A stretch of 64,000 bases of DNA from the human T2T-CHM13v2.0 reference genome, Homo sapiens, in the NCBI RefSeq assembly GCF_009914755.1, contig NC_060935.1; one strand, written 5' to 3'. The notes under the pieces were generated by a model that saw nothing but the letters and a program-made list of their open reading frames with translations, ran no database searches and was not told the DNA's origin. Of this stretch, positions 1 through 16,012 are shown piece by piece. How positions within the stretch are numbered: the stretch's first letter is position 1; the number at the start of each line of letters is the position of its first letter. The translations under genes were made by a program, and so were the position numbers.

Positions 1-1081
1 CTGCTTTCCATGCAATCTCCCTTTTCCTTCTCTCTCTGAGAACCTCAAAACCAAGTTGTTTGTAAACTCCTCTACAGCCCCAAATGGCTCTGTTGCAAAG
101 CTCGGCTCGTTAACATGCAGGCAGTAAAGTATGTCAGGAGCTCTGATTTGTCATATTAAGGAGGCTATATGACTGTGGAGAGGAACATTAAAAGATTTTA
201 TTCTAAGATATTCCCTCCAATCCCCACCCACTGCAGACAAAGTCTCTTGGGACAAGCCTCTGCTTCAGTGCTCTTGATTGCACAGATTTCTGATAAATGT
301 TTTCATCAGTGCCATAGGCCTGGGTGCTGCTCCTGCTCCACTGGGGCCTTCTCTTTGGGGTCTCAGGATTGGCTTTTGAGGTGTTTCTGGGCCTTAAGCA
401 GCTCCCATGGTAAAACATTCACCGTCATTCTTTCTCTCTTCTCACTCACTCAATTACAGTTAAAGCCCTGTTCCAGGGAGGAGTGGAGGGAGACTCCATC
501 TCCACCACGGAACGCCTTACTCCTGGAACTAATCACAGCATTTCTCTACCCTCCTCGGAACAATCTGATACCATTATCACTGACATCATCAAAAGAAGTT
601 CCCTTTATAGATTGCATTGTACAAATAGAATTGCCTAGATGTGATGGCTTTGCCCATTAGGAGTGTACAAGCATATTTACACAACGCCATGGAGCATGGG
701 TGAAGGATGAGCCCAGGACAAGATTAAATCAGCAGACTGAACGATAAATGAACAGTAATGCATTCATATCGAATACATCTCAGAGCATAAGTGCCATCCG
801 GGGTAGAAGGCAGGGAAAGGGCATGACTGCAGGGTCACCAGGGCCAGAATGACTGATGTGAGGGGTCAAGGGCAGGCTTTGCCTCCAGGGAGGCATTAAA
901 GGGCCACCTCCTATAGTGAAAGGAAGGCTGCCACATTTCCCTATGCCCCCTGAGTTTTAGAGATACCCTATTTGAATGAGAGAAAACAAAGTGAGGAAAC
1001 GGCTAATCTCAAGGTTTAGGAGGTGAGGGGGACATAGTATCATTCGGTTTGGTCTAGGTGGAGACTTCTTAATTTAGATAT

Positions 1082-1563
1082 TGATGCAGTTCGGGACATA
1101 CCAAAATATGTCACCTTGGCATTTGACAAAACAGCAGAGGCAGGAAGTTTGCTCTCACCTTCCCCTCGCCTTTCTCCCCTGAAGCAGGTGGTAAGATTCT
1201 CATTCCAGGTGCCCTCCCTACCCGGAGGAAAGGAAGATCCTTATCTCTGAAGATACCAGGACACAGAGAGGAATCTGAATAAATGGGCCTTGCTAGGTTC
1301 CCCAGCTTACCATCATCAGATTACACCCTTTGGTCCTCCTATTATATCTCTCCACCACTGTCCATTCCTCATCAAGTCTAAGCATAGAAATGCACAGGTT
1401 TCCCTGTATCTTTGGGTCTTCATTCCCTTAAGAAGGCTCTTGTGTCATGTAAGACTTATATTCCATACGTGTGTGTTTTTCTCTGGTTAGTCTGTCTTTT
1501 GTTACAGGAGCCTCTGCCATGAACCCGGGGATAAGTGAGGAAAGAAATTTTTCCTCCTTCACA
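1082..1563 (+). mobile_element. MER31-family (ERV1) solo LTR
   Basis: TG...CA termini. The internal sequence (ccaaaatatgtcaccttggcattt...gaggaaaggaagatccttatctctgaaga) resembles the recalled MER31A. Flanks atat/gtat fit a 4-bp TSD with one mismatch. Confidence 0.8.
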
Positions 1564-4500
1564 GTATCAAGTGCCAGGCCAGGGCACTTTGTCCAGGCCT
1601 CACTGTGAAGGAAGAGTAATGTTCAAGGATGGCAGCAGGAAGGTGAGAGGATGAAACCAAATGCTCTTGGAGGGCATCGGGCTTGGTTGCCACTGAGAAC
1701 TTCCAGAAGAGGCACAGCTCAACGCGGGGTGCCAGTAACCGTCATGCCTTCCTGTCCCAGTGGGCTGACTTGAGACAAAGCACAGCTGTGGTCCACGCCT
1801 TGAGACTTCCACTGGGCAAGGAAGCCCAAGTGAGGCTCCCCGCACCTCTGCCACCTTCCCCTACACCCACACCTGCAAACCTGGGGAGAGTGACACCAGC
1901 CTTCCCCAGCTCCTCTCTCAGTCTAGGCTGGAGCTGACTCGGAGAGAATTGAATTCCCTTCTCCATTGCTCCTGGGGCCGCTAATTCATAGCTGCATTAG
2001 CTTTCATTTGGGTAACAGCATGGGGGATTGTCAGATATTGGCTCTGACCAGATTTAATCTACAGGCTGTGTTCTGCCCTCTTTCCACTTGCCTTTCATTC
2101 AGGACCCTAATGAAGAGGTTTATCTGATTGGTTTACTGGAGTCCTATGTGGGATGAATAGCTTCAGCCTTTGCGCTTGCACCTCTTTGCTGTCCACTCCA
2201 ATCAAGAACGGGGGCCCTCGCAACTCTCTCAGTTCTGAAACAAATTAAATCTCAGTGACAGACTCTATCTGCCTCGAGTTCTCCATTATGCTTCGCTTTA
2301 GGTTTGCTTTGGCAATGACAAAACTGCTTTGACATATTTGCGGATTCTCAGGCCCGTGTTCTCAGCTCCCCCACCTCCACCTTTCTGCTGTCCAATGTGA
2401 TTTTTGTAATGGCAAAACCATTGCGATCCTTCTCAGGCATCCCAGTGTCTATAGCTTTTCAGCTACATATCAGCAACATTCAGCCACAAGTGTGGCTCTG
2501 ACAGGCTGTGGGGGGCAGAGGTGGGAGAATGCCAGAGACTGGGGAGTGGTTTCCTAAGCCTCCTTCCTCACCCTCCTTCCAGCAGTTCACTCCTTTAAAG
2601 AGAAATCATTCTCTCCCGTGTCTCCGCAGGTCACTGGAAGAACGTGGCCTGGGGCCCTTCAGTACCATTTAAATCTATGCTTGCAATTTAGCAAATCTTT
2701 AGATCTGTTCCCCCAGGCTGTGGGGAAACAGATCTCAGGTTTCCCCTGATGCCTTCAGGGGAAGCTGCAAAACTACCTTCACCCTAATCACCTGCCTCAT
2801 TAGACTCACAACAGACAGATGTTCCCTCCTCCTTGAGGGCTTCTAACTTAAGCCTTTCTCACCTAAGTTTCCTTATAATGGCGGGAAAAGAGAGGAACAG
2901 AATCCCAGGTAGGCCATCAATCATCCTAACGTTGACAACAATAAGCATGTTGACGGTTATAAAGTCTGCGTTTTCCAAGCTTCTGTTAGTATGCTAAGAG
3001 TTGACCTGTTGGAATTAATAATTGCAATGATATTGGTGTTGTAGTCATCACTTGAGGCCTATTAAGGTCCCTTTTAGTTCTAAAATACTGTTCATTCATT
3101 GCCTCATTCATGCATTCACCAAACACTGAGCATCCACCATATATCAGAGCCTTTGGTCAGAGTTCCCTGGATGGAAGTCCTGTGGTGACTGCTGCTCCAT
3201 CTGAGCCCCTTAAAATCTCAGAGACTGAGCTGGGTGTTTTAGAAATTCAGGTAGTCACAAATCCTGACCAGAATGGCTGAGATTTCTGAGCTGGAACCCA
3301 GCACCCTAGAACTAAGGCTCAAGCCCCTTGTGAGAACAAGAACCCTAAGCTTAGATGCCAGAATTCAAGTTTCAGTTTTTCCCCTTAAAATGACCCTAAA
3401 TCCCTTAAAACTGCAAAATGAGTGGTCATGCCCCAGACTGCGGCCTCCAGACTCTGCTACTAGCCAGCCACTCTTGTCATCTGGAAGGGAAGATTTGGTT
3501 GCTACAACATGCCACCATACTGGGAGTTGCAAGACCTGGTTTGGTCCTCATGCATTGGATCACCTTACTCAAACCACCTTGGCCTCAGCTTCTTCATTAA
3601 TAAAATGCTATTAGACTTTATTTACACACAGTTGAAAAAGGACTAATACAAATGCCCATAAAATCTACAGACTAGACTAGATGTTAAGTAAGGTGACTTT
3701 CCACTCTAAAACTCTATACATTATTTGATTCATTTATTTAACATATCTTGAGAACATGTTTTATGTCAGTTACTATGATAAGAGCTCATAAAATATGTCC
3801 CAATATCCATAACAGGAAGGACATTACTTCATAATAAGATTAAATGGCTGCAAAAAATTCAATGCTTGGATATCCTAATAGCAGGTGTAATAATAATCAC
3901 TACTCTTATTAATTTTGTACTTATCATATGTCAGGCAACAGAGTGAATGTTCTACACAGGTTTTGTTGCAATTTATCTTCACGAAACAACCATATAAGTA
4001 GATATCATTGTACATTGTTCAACCACTATTTATTGTGTAACTAGGGTGTGGTGGGCCTTGAACTAGGCATTTGGTATCACCATACAGAGATTGAATGTGC
4101 AGGCATTGAGTGGTTAAATAACTTCCTAGGCACACTGCTTGCAAATGGCAGAAAGAACCAGAAATCTTATCCGCTAGGCTCTAGAACCCAAGTTCCTAAC
4201 TGCTAACTTTCATGCCTACCTCAGCTTGGTTTTCATGATCCTCAAAATGTCAGTCAAAGCCAGTGTTTTCTGAATCAATAACTCCCTCCCTCACAGTGTC
4301 CTTTTCCAACTTAGCTCCTCTCGTTTATGAGCCAACCATCTCCATGGCAGTCCCCTTCACTATGAAATAGTCGTTTGTATTCTCCAGGCTTCACTAGTTC
4401 TCATTTTCAATTGCCACCTGAACACTGCTACTGCTATTTTCTTCTTGTCTTCCACTCTTTGCTCTCTCCTTCACCTCTCCTATAACTCTGCAAAAGATCT

Positions 4501-7266
4501 GTGAATTGGCTAAGCTGAAGGACTCTACCATAACCTGATTCCAGAGAAGCAAACTGTGAACCCTTTTGAAAACATTTGCTGCACTACTCAGAGCAGACGT
4601 AGTGACCAGGAATTCAAGACCAACTTTCAATGAAGCTGGAAGTGTGCCTGTCTTGGCGGATTTAGAAACTGGACAGCCCCTTCCTATCTTGAAACCACAT
4701 TTGATTTGACAGCGTAGCTAAAAGGAAAAGGACGAATAGTAACTGAGTTGAGTTTTATGTGCACACGGAACATATAAACACAGCTTCAAGATAAAGAACT
4801 TTGAGTCAGATTTTCACATGTCATGTGTGAGACCATGCAGCAAACAATAGAGAGATGGGATGGGATAGCTGTTGCAGACTGAGATGGGATTAAAAAGGGA
4901 TCCCATGGCTTTTCACTTAGCTAAAACAATCTGGAAATGTTAACGTCATAATGCACAGCATCACCTTAGGGAGTTCTCCAAAACAATGGCTGGCTGTTCA
5001 GACTAATCAGACATTGGTATAATCTTTGACCTCAGTCTAAATAGGTAGCTCTCAGAATCTGTGTGGCTGTTCATGCTGTCAGGGGCCATGATGCTGGAAT
5101 GGGAGGTGAACTGGAACTGTGAAGCTACTTGATAAAACATGGTGTTGGGCTCCTTAGGAGTTAACTCAGATATCCCAATTGCTGCTTGGCTACCCCAAAA
5201 CTCCAACGCACCTCATTATTTCATAAGAGATGTTAAATACAAATTGTTCATTAAAATACATATTATTGGATGTTAAACTACCGTGTAATTGATTTTCTAT
5301 CCATTGCCTAGTGGTTAACCCTCAATAAATGCTTTTTGTAATCAACTTAAAGTATAATACCTACCACGCTTGATGTCTTTCTCCTTTGATTTAATAAGAA
5401 ACCAATTCTATATTATTGAAATTGTACTTGATAATGAAAAAGTTGGTCAAATTTCAAGAATAGCATAAAAAAAAAACCTCTTTGGCCTGAACCTGTCCAA
5501 CTTTATAGAGGGATCTCAGTACAACGGAGAACTCAGGGGAACCTAGGTCCTGTTCCAACCATGGGGTATTAGCTAAGGTCCAAGAGAGTCAAGTGCTATG
5601 CTCAGAGCTAAGAGAACAGCGGGGTAGACTAGAAATACTATGCAGGGACTCTTGTTCATAGTGCAATGCCCAAAGAACTAGCATAGTTCTTCCCCAGGGT
5701 TATGAGATCAAGAAAACTATGAGGGATTTTAGGCTTCCCAAAAAGCATAAAAAGCAGTTAAGCATTTAAAAGATCTATGGGACTCAGTTTCCTTATTCAG
5801 AGCTTGACCAGTGCTCTTTTTTGCTTTCTTCAAAATCTGGCTAGGATTTCCACCTCCTCAGGGAGTCTGCCTTGACTGGATGGAAATACAAGGTGACTGA
5901 CGCCATCCATAGGGTAAACAAAGTGGTACAATGGTTAGTTCAACTCCAGCAAGGCAGACAGCTGGATACGGGGAGGAGTTCAGAAGCCAGGGAAAGAGAT
6001 GTGAGCTCACCCTCAAAGCTTCTGAAGTGTCCACATAATCCCCAACCCTACAGCCTCCAAAACATAATCCCATATACATATACCATATAACATGCTGGGC
6101 TAGGAGAAGAATGCCTGAAAGAAAACATGCACTGCTCCAGGAAAAGCACCAGGCACAGAGCAAGTGTTTAAAATGTTAGCCATTCTTGGCTTTTTATATT
6201 AATGTTTATTATTCTACAACATGATTTTTAATTTGCTTAAATAATCTCCTGACTAATGGACATTGAGAGGAATATTATACAGTTATTTATTCATTCATAT
6301 ATTGCCTCAGCTTTCTAAATATGAATTTGCTGGGTCTACAGGTATGATTTCTGGTGAGCTTTTAAGACATGGAACTCACACTCTTACTAGAAGTGCTGTA
6401 CAGAAGCAGCGCATGAGATCATTGTGGTTGGGTGATCTCACCATGTGGTTACCATGGCCTAGGAATCTTTGTGAGGTGGTGGGTCTTCTGTCAGGGGGAG
6501 GTAGAAAGAAGCAGCAGAATGACTCTTTATCAGAACTGCTCTAAAGGGACTTTATGTGATTAGTAGGCTTTGGACCCTCGCATCCTTTCCAGTTCTGAAA
6601 TGTTCTGATTCATAGGCTTCTGGAACACAGAGATGCTCATGCACATGCCCCTCCCCATGGAGGGACACAAAGATGAATTTCCGCCTGGAAGCACGACAGG
6701 CTGCTAAGCTTTTTGCCTGGATGCTCTCACCCTTGGAGATCAGAAGCTGAGCATCTCTCCATTCAGCCATCAACAAAAGGGAGAGATTGCCTGAGCAGCA
6801 TGCTGTTGTTAGACAAATCGGAATCCTCTTCTAGAAAGGCATTCTCTTCTGCATAGTGAGTGGGAAGCCTGCTGTATCTAGGACACGTTCCCAAAATAAA
6901 ATTCAGTGGTCACCAACTGACTCAGTGTAGGAGACTTCATTCTCCAAGAGAGAAGGGCTGCTAAGAATGGCAGGAACCACCCACAGATGGTCTGGGTACC
7001 AGTTGCATCAACAGATGCATACACAACACAGCCCTTTCCTCTAAAGCATCCAGCCAAGCTCACATCGAGTTCTCCACTGTGTACATTAAAACCAAAATAA
7101 ATAATCCAAGAAAATCTGCACGTCTGTGTGTTTAGGGTTCAAGATGAATCAGGCAATAGGCCAAAAAGGAATGTAAGACATTTGACCACTATTTTTTTCT
7201 TCCTTGTTTTTTTTAAATGGAAACCTAAGCATTAGATCACTTTCCACCCTTAAAATATGCAAGGAT

Positions 7267-7732
<466 letters not shown>

Positions 7733-8220
7733 TCATTCTTATTTTTGACTTCAGGTCCCTACTCATGCCTAGTGCATTACAAAAGACATTTTTCTTCTCC
7801 ATGTAGAAAGTTACATTCTCCTTAATGTGGATGCCTTCACCAACTGCTGCTCCCTTTCTTCTCCCATTGTACATCACACAGATGAAGGAGGAGGTGGAGA
7901 GCCACCTGTCTGCACTCCTAGCCTGGGGATTCTGGAATGCTAGAACAGCTTCTTAAGAGTCCCATTTGCATAGAGCACCAAAGCTCCTCATTAGAAAACT
8001 GATGAAGAAGATTAGACTGAAAGGTCCTTTGAGGGAACAAAGATTAATCCTCCCAAATAAAGGGGAGTTTCTAAGAACAACCCAGTTAGAGAGATTATTT
8101 CTGCCCCAAGAGGGCAAAGAACTTACTCAGAGGTAGGACAAAGATCAAAGACATGTGTTCTGTTAAGAAAAAAAACAGTTTCTGGATGTGGACAGCAGAC
8201 AGAAATGTTCCCAAGTTCTT

Positions 8221-8330
8221 AACCCAATCACATCTTCCAAGCCCCTTTGCAATGTATCGTCAGATAATCCCAGGCTCTGGAGGTTAGGATGTGGATATCT
8301 TTTGGGGGGCCATCATCTCTCTACCTGCCA
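8221..8330 (-). mobile_element. MLT1 (ERVL-MaLR) LTR 5' fragment
   Basis: ggaggttaggatgtggatatcttttggggggccatcat..ctacctgcca resembles the reverse complement of the MLT1 LTR start. Confidence 0.5.
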
Positions 8331-9199
8331 TGTGGGATAAGGCACACATAGTAATAAGGATAGCTTCAGAAAAGAGGAGCCTGCACCTTTTGCTTTAAGA
8401 CAAAACAGAAGAAACAGAAAAGGCCTATCAACCTAGAGACCTGAGATTGAAAAGATAGGCGAGTACATCCGTTGAGATGCTCTGGGTATTTGATAATGGA
8501 CTCTCATATTTTTACATTTTCTCTAACTAGAACATATGCTTTAGAGGGGTAGAAACCATGTCTTACATTTTCCAGTTTATTGCCCGCAGCATCTGGCTCA
8601 CTGAAGGACACACCGTAGATGCTCAGTAATGTCTCACTGATCAGTGTGAGAAGGAGGTATCAGGAGGAGATTATCGGGGGTATCTGCTGCTGGAGATGGT
8701 TGTATTCTGCTTAGGAATGATACAGAATAGCAGACAATCCTGAATAGGAAGAATTTATTGTGTCAGGGGGACACCAGGGTATAAGGCTGAGGCCCCAATG
8801 AGAAATGCATGCCTACTTCCTCCTTCTCTTCATGGAATGAGTAATTGAACTTCAAGTGTCAGGCATTAAGCGAAGACAGCTGTGGCAATCATTTTGTTAA
8901 TATATGAGATGCTGGAGCCAAGGTAACCAGAAAGAGAACCAAGCCTTTGAGTGACAGAAACAAAGGCAGGAGCCACCAGTCGCTGGGTCCAACTAGTCCT
9001 GCAAAGAGGCAGATGAATTGGCTAAATGCTCCCTGGAAAACCTTTCCACTTTACTGAAATCTGTAGTGATGAACTTATTTCAAGAAAAGAAACAATTGAC
9101 CAAGGGAAAGGGAAAGAAGAATGGAAATTATGCTTTAAAAAAGATCCATGATGAGCCAGAGTTCAAAATTACTTAGGAGAAATAGATGTGTATTCATCA

Positions 9200-10664
<1,465 letters not shown>

Positions 10665-13600
10665 GAATAACTAGAGTTTTGTTCATCTTTTCATAATAAA
10701 CGTGCTGATAGTTCCAAAGAGAAGAGCCTGCAAAAAAGATCATGGATGCAAATGTGGATCAAATACACACACACACACTTGGGAGAGATAGAGAGACAGA
10801 GAGAGAGAGAGAACGACCAAGTAAGATGACAAGATAAAAAGGCTGATTGCTGACAGAAAATAATCAAATCGTTCTCCAATTTTTTGCAAAAGAGTAATTC
10901 TGACACATTTAAACCACAGACTAGCAGGAAAGAGTTTTCATGATTTCTGCCTCTCAGAGGTCTCTCAAACAGCTTTTCTGATATACTGTTTTTATATAAA
11001 TTCTGCAGTGACTTTTCCCTGGTGTTATTAGTTGTTTGGGTTTTTCTCTGCCTACCACCCGCTTATTTATGTTAATCTGATTTAGATCTTTTCTTTTCCC
11101 CTTTCTTTCTTTGCTGAGGCTAGATTTCACAGGGCAATCTGCTGAGTGACACAACGACAAGATGCACATCTGTCAGAGGTGTGAGCCTGTGTGTGTGTGC
11201 ACAGGGGTGTGTGTGCACATGCGTGTGCATGTGTACATGCGGGGTCTAATTCTCCCCAGGGTCGGTCTGTGAGCGCCTCTAATACCCTATGTGGTTTCTT
11301 GAGATTTCCAAATGAGTGAGGTGGGGGGTGGTATTGAGGTATTGAGGTCATCACTTATAGGTAAGTACTGGAGGATGTAGCGTTAGCTGCTGCCTGGACT
11401 CAAGGATTATAGAGGAATTCTGGGAAGCTTTCATCAGGCCTCTTAAAAAAAAAAAAGCCCTGCCTCACAGTTGACATTTTATTTTATAGTCACGTTAGAG
11501 TTGAGTTCAGACTTATTTTGTGCTATTATAGCCGATTGATTATTTATCACTTCAATGAAGAATTTATTGATTTACTTAATATTCATTGCTGATAACATGA
11601 AGGATCTGTAAATTACAAATCATCTGGGCCCTCAGAAATGCTTAATTATGCCCTGCCTTTCTTGTTCCTCCTGTCTATCTCCCTCCTCCCCACCCCCTCG
11701 TCCTCCTCTAGGCCTTTATCCAAGCTGGGTAGAACAGATGGCCCAGAAAGCGCAAACCCACCTTGTCTGTGATGAAGGTGAGAGCATCTTCCCAAACCCT
11801 ACAAGATGGCTTGATTCACAACACTATATTTCAACCTAGGAAGCACCCTTAGAGGTCATCTAGTAGAATATCACAGGCAGTTCATTTTAACAGTAGTCAT
11901 ATATTGAGTTCCTACCGTGGTAGGCTTCATCCCTGTAGATGGCCTGGCTTACCCTTGAACAACTTTATCAGAAAGTTTTTTCTCATAGAAGGCAGAAATT
12001 TATCTCCTGGAGTGTTCACCTATCATCATACGGCAAGCAGCAGCTCTTAGGTAATGAAAGCAGAAAGAAGACGCACCTCAAACATACTGTGTGGGCAACA
12101 ACTCTGTCTCTTGCATTCCCTCTCCTTGTCACATCTGACCAGTGGTTCATACAGATGTGTTACACGTGCCCTAGCTCAGCTGAGGCTGAGAGGCTGGCTG
12201 AAGCAGGAAGAACTGACCCTCTCTCTACACTGGCCTTGCTCTGATGATGTTTGTGCCCTGAAGGCCACATCTGCCTGAGGGGGTACTGCTGCAGGCGTGT
12301 GGCTTTTCACTGTGGGCTTCCTAATGCAGTAGGTTTCAAGCATGAATTAGGGGAAGGGGCCAACAGGGTAACGTGGTAATGAAGGAGATGGCAAAGTGAA
12401 AAGCAAGTTGCTTTAACCCTGAAAGAAAGTATTTCTCTAGCAAACAGCAATGCTTTGAAAGCAATTGACAGAAAGCTGGCTTAATCCTTGTTCTGGAGAT
12501 ACTTACAGCTGCCCGTGGTTTTTAATTAATACACTGGGCTCCCTAACAAAGGGGAGGAGGTTGGAGAGCATTAACAGATTTACTCACCCAAGCCAAGGAA
12601 AGTGCTTTGGAAGAAATGCCCTGGCCGCCCATGGGCCGGGATCTTCCTAGCCCTCCCTTCCCTGCATGGCAAGGCACGAAGGTGGTCTGATGTGGATTCC
12701 AGGGCGAAGGTGGTTTGTCCTCCAGTGTGTGTTGGCCAGGGAGACTTCCTTGCTGCATTCTATCTCACTCCACCCCAATCCATTCTTTCCTTCCATCATT
12801 TGCTCCCTCAACCACACATATTTATTAAGTAGCTACTATACACAGACCAGGCACAGTGTGTGAACTGAAGAACTACATTTATACCAAAGGCTTGAGCTAG
12901 GTGTTTTAATGGGATCTAAAAACGAACATGATGCTCGTCCTCAGAAAGCTTAGCTCTAGTGAGAGAGAAGCATTCAGGGCTGATGTTCTGAATGGCAGTG
13001 CTGGGTTCTTACTGCCCGTTTCCATTCTGATTGTATCTGTTTTGATTGGTCAGCACCACTGATGCCCCAGTTCTTAAGTATTTTTAATATTACCCTGGAA
13101 ACATGAATTGAATTACACAACAAAATGCAAAATGTTAAACGTTCTATGAAAAAAGGGACAGGGAACAATGGGGCCATGTTGCCTTCAGGGACCCATTGCT
13201 GGGCTCTCAGGGTTGTTTTCTGTCATTGAGTGACACATATGCCCACCTGCTTGCAAGTCCTGCATCCCATTCCTACCAGCTTCCTAGACTCTGCCGCCTC
13301 TCTACTTCAGTCACTCATCTCTCTTGTTCATTCATTCATTCATTCGTTCACTTACTTACTCAACCAATGAGCACTTGCTGAAGGCCAGGCATCGAGCCGT
13401 GCATGGGAACACGATGCTTCCTCCCCTTCCCAATGCCTCCTGGACTTTTCCTAGAGACTCCGCTCAGCTCTCCTTCTTACTCCTTCCCATGGAGGGATCT
13501 TTCTCCTTTGGTTAGCGAATCTGATGTCAGAGTCATTCCATCTGACAAAGTCTCTCCTCGTCTGAAACTCCCTGTCTCCTCATATCTTCATCAGTCCATT

Positions 13601-16012
13601 TCCACATGTCTAGTCATTTTAATGGCATATGGTTCCAGGGGGAAACTCCAAATGAGGGAAAATTAGCAACTGTGCTTACTGGGCTAAAGAAAATGACTGG
13701 AGAGGAAGTTTTCTTTAGAAATATCCACAAGAAGCAGCAGCCCAAGGAGACGTGACTCCAGTAAAAATGATGATTTTTGTTAGGGGTGGTAGTCGGGGTG
13801 GATTATCAATCGCATTTTCTTTCCCCTGGAATGTGTCACAGTCATTAATTTGTTTAATTTATTTTTGCCTCTTCCCTAGTGAAGCAGCCCAATCCACTGT
13901 CTGCCTACCCATCAGAACAAATTACACTTTGGAAATATCCGAGTGCTTCAGTTTTCCATTAAATATAATAAGAAACCACAATGCACCGTTATGGCCTGCT
14001 GACTCCTTGCCAAGGATCTACAAGCACTTTTTACAACCGCTGCCAGGCAATTCTGGTTGTCACCCTTGGTGACACAGAGGCGCGAAAACAGGTCCAGGAT
14101 CACCAGGCCCTGTTTTAATTTGCACTCGTGTGCACGCCTCTTGGGTTGTGTTCTTAATCTGCTTCACATGCACGCGATCTGATTCTGCAGCACAGTTCCA
14201 AAGTCTTCATACAGGAGACACATGTCCTGCTTCTATGGTGTCTCCCCACTGTGCCAGAGCCAATGACTGCTATTGACTGATGAATTAACAGAGTTCAGCC
14301 CCGTGAGGACACAGCTAGCTCGTGGCTCATGAAAGCTGGCCTTCCAACTTCCAGCCTCTTCTACACATCACAAGGCTCAAATGCTCATCTTTCTTCTTCC
14401 TCTGACTCTCTGGCTGCTCCCTTATAATCAGCCATTGCTCAGGTCGTGAAAACTGCTCATGACTGCAGTTCAGTCTGTCCTAAGGAACATTGCTAATTGA
14501 TGATTACATTTCATTTTCAGGATGTTATCTTACTTGGGCAGGTTGGAAATTGAAATGTCCAGGGGTTACACATATGGTATATATGGCTCTTTCAAGTCAG
14601 AGATTAATTGTTGAGTATTAATATTTAATTTTTTATTGCAAAAGGCTTGTCAAAGGCTGCCACGGGAAGGTGAGAGCTCAGATCCATCCTACCTGATATT
14701 CAGCGTCCTCAAGAATAGAGCCTCTAGCACTGCCAGCTCTGCAATTTCTAAGTCAAAGAAGGAGCAGTCTAGTGAGTTGGACTATGGCAGTCTAGTGAGT
14801 TCTTGGATGGGAGAAGTTTCTAAGATGAAGGAGGCAGGGTTGGACGTGTTGTAGGGAGTAGGTGACCTGTTGAGTCAGTGCTGACCTCTGCCTGGACAGG
14901 AGAGAGCTCTAAGGTCAGGTCACCTTAACATCTGTGTACACAGACAGTTAGGCATAGGCGGAGAACCAGATGTCTGGTGTCAACAGAACTAGATGTCTGA
15001 AGACCTGGGTTTGGTGCCAACTTTACCATTCACCAACAAATCATCTCAAGGAACTTCTGTTTTCTCTTCTGTAAAATGGTCAGGGTGCCATCTATCTCAA
15101 GGGCTGCTGTGCCATTCAGTCATAATACTGTTCAATTGTGTGTTACTTTGCAGTTTTCAAGGCACAATGAAAAATGGGGATCCTCTATCATCTTGAAAGC
15201 CTTACAGATTCTGATGAGGTCAGGTGGATCGAAATTGTAGCTTTGTTGCACTATAACAAAGGGTTACTAAAAGAGTTAAAGGAGATAATGTATGTACAAC
15301 ACAGTGCCTGACACTCAACAAATGTTAACTGATTTCTTCTAGTAGTTGCAGTTTAAAAAATAATAATAAAAGGATGTCTGAGAGTGTGACTATGAAAGAA
15401 TAATTGTGTAATTGTGACCATTAGTTAGGCACAAAGACAGGACATTGGAAACATGGAGATGTCCCCAGAGGAGCCCAGATCCTAAGTGAGTTACATAGAA
15501 TTACCCTCTTTCTGACATTGGCCAAGTGTCTATAAGAGGCTCCTCCATTTGAGCCCAACTCCCATCCTCTGGCCCAGGGGGGCCCTTTCTCATCAGCCAC
15601 ATTGTGTGATGAGGTCTAACAGAGACCCACATTCAAGATCCTGAGACTGGCCAGCCTGACATTCAGCCACACTCAGCACTTGGGTCAGCCCCATTCCTAC
15701 CTGGGTGTGTTCACTCACTCTTTCATTCTATCCAGGGATATGCCTGCCTCTTTCACTAAATTTGATGGTATGAAGTGGTCTTCATTTGTGAATTCATCTA
15801 CAGTGCCTAGTGCAGTGTCTTTCACACATAGTTTTTCTGCTTAATCATGATAACCTGTGCACATAAAGGCACTCAAACACTCATGCAAAGCATCCCTAGC
15901 AAAGGGTGGTTAGTGTGGTTTTGGGGATATTTCCTATAAATTAGAGCATTTCTCCTACTTTTTAATACTTTCTTAGTCTTCTTTGTCCCTTCTTCCTCCT
16001 CTAAGTGCCCCT

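Noticed and set aside
1-2260. 3' part of the lncRNA KIRREL3-AS2, and ORF 169-660
   Set aside because: I recall an antisense lncRNA near here, and an ATTAAA lies at 2244-2249, but exons cannot be delimited from sequence. The ORF has no recognisable homology.
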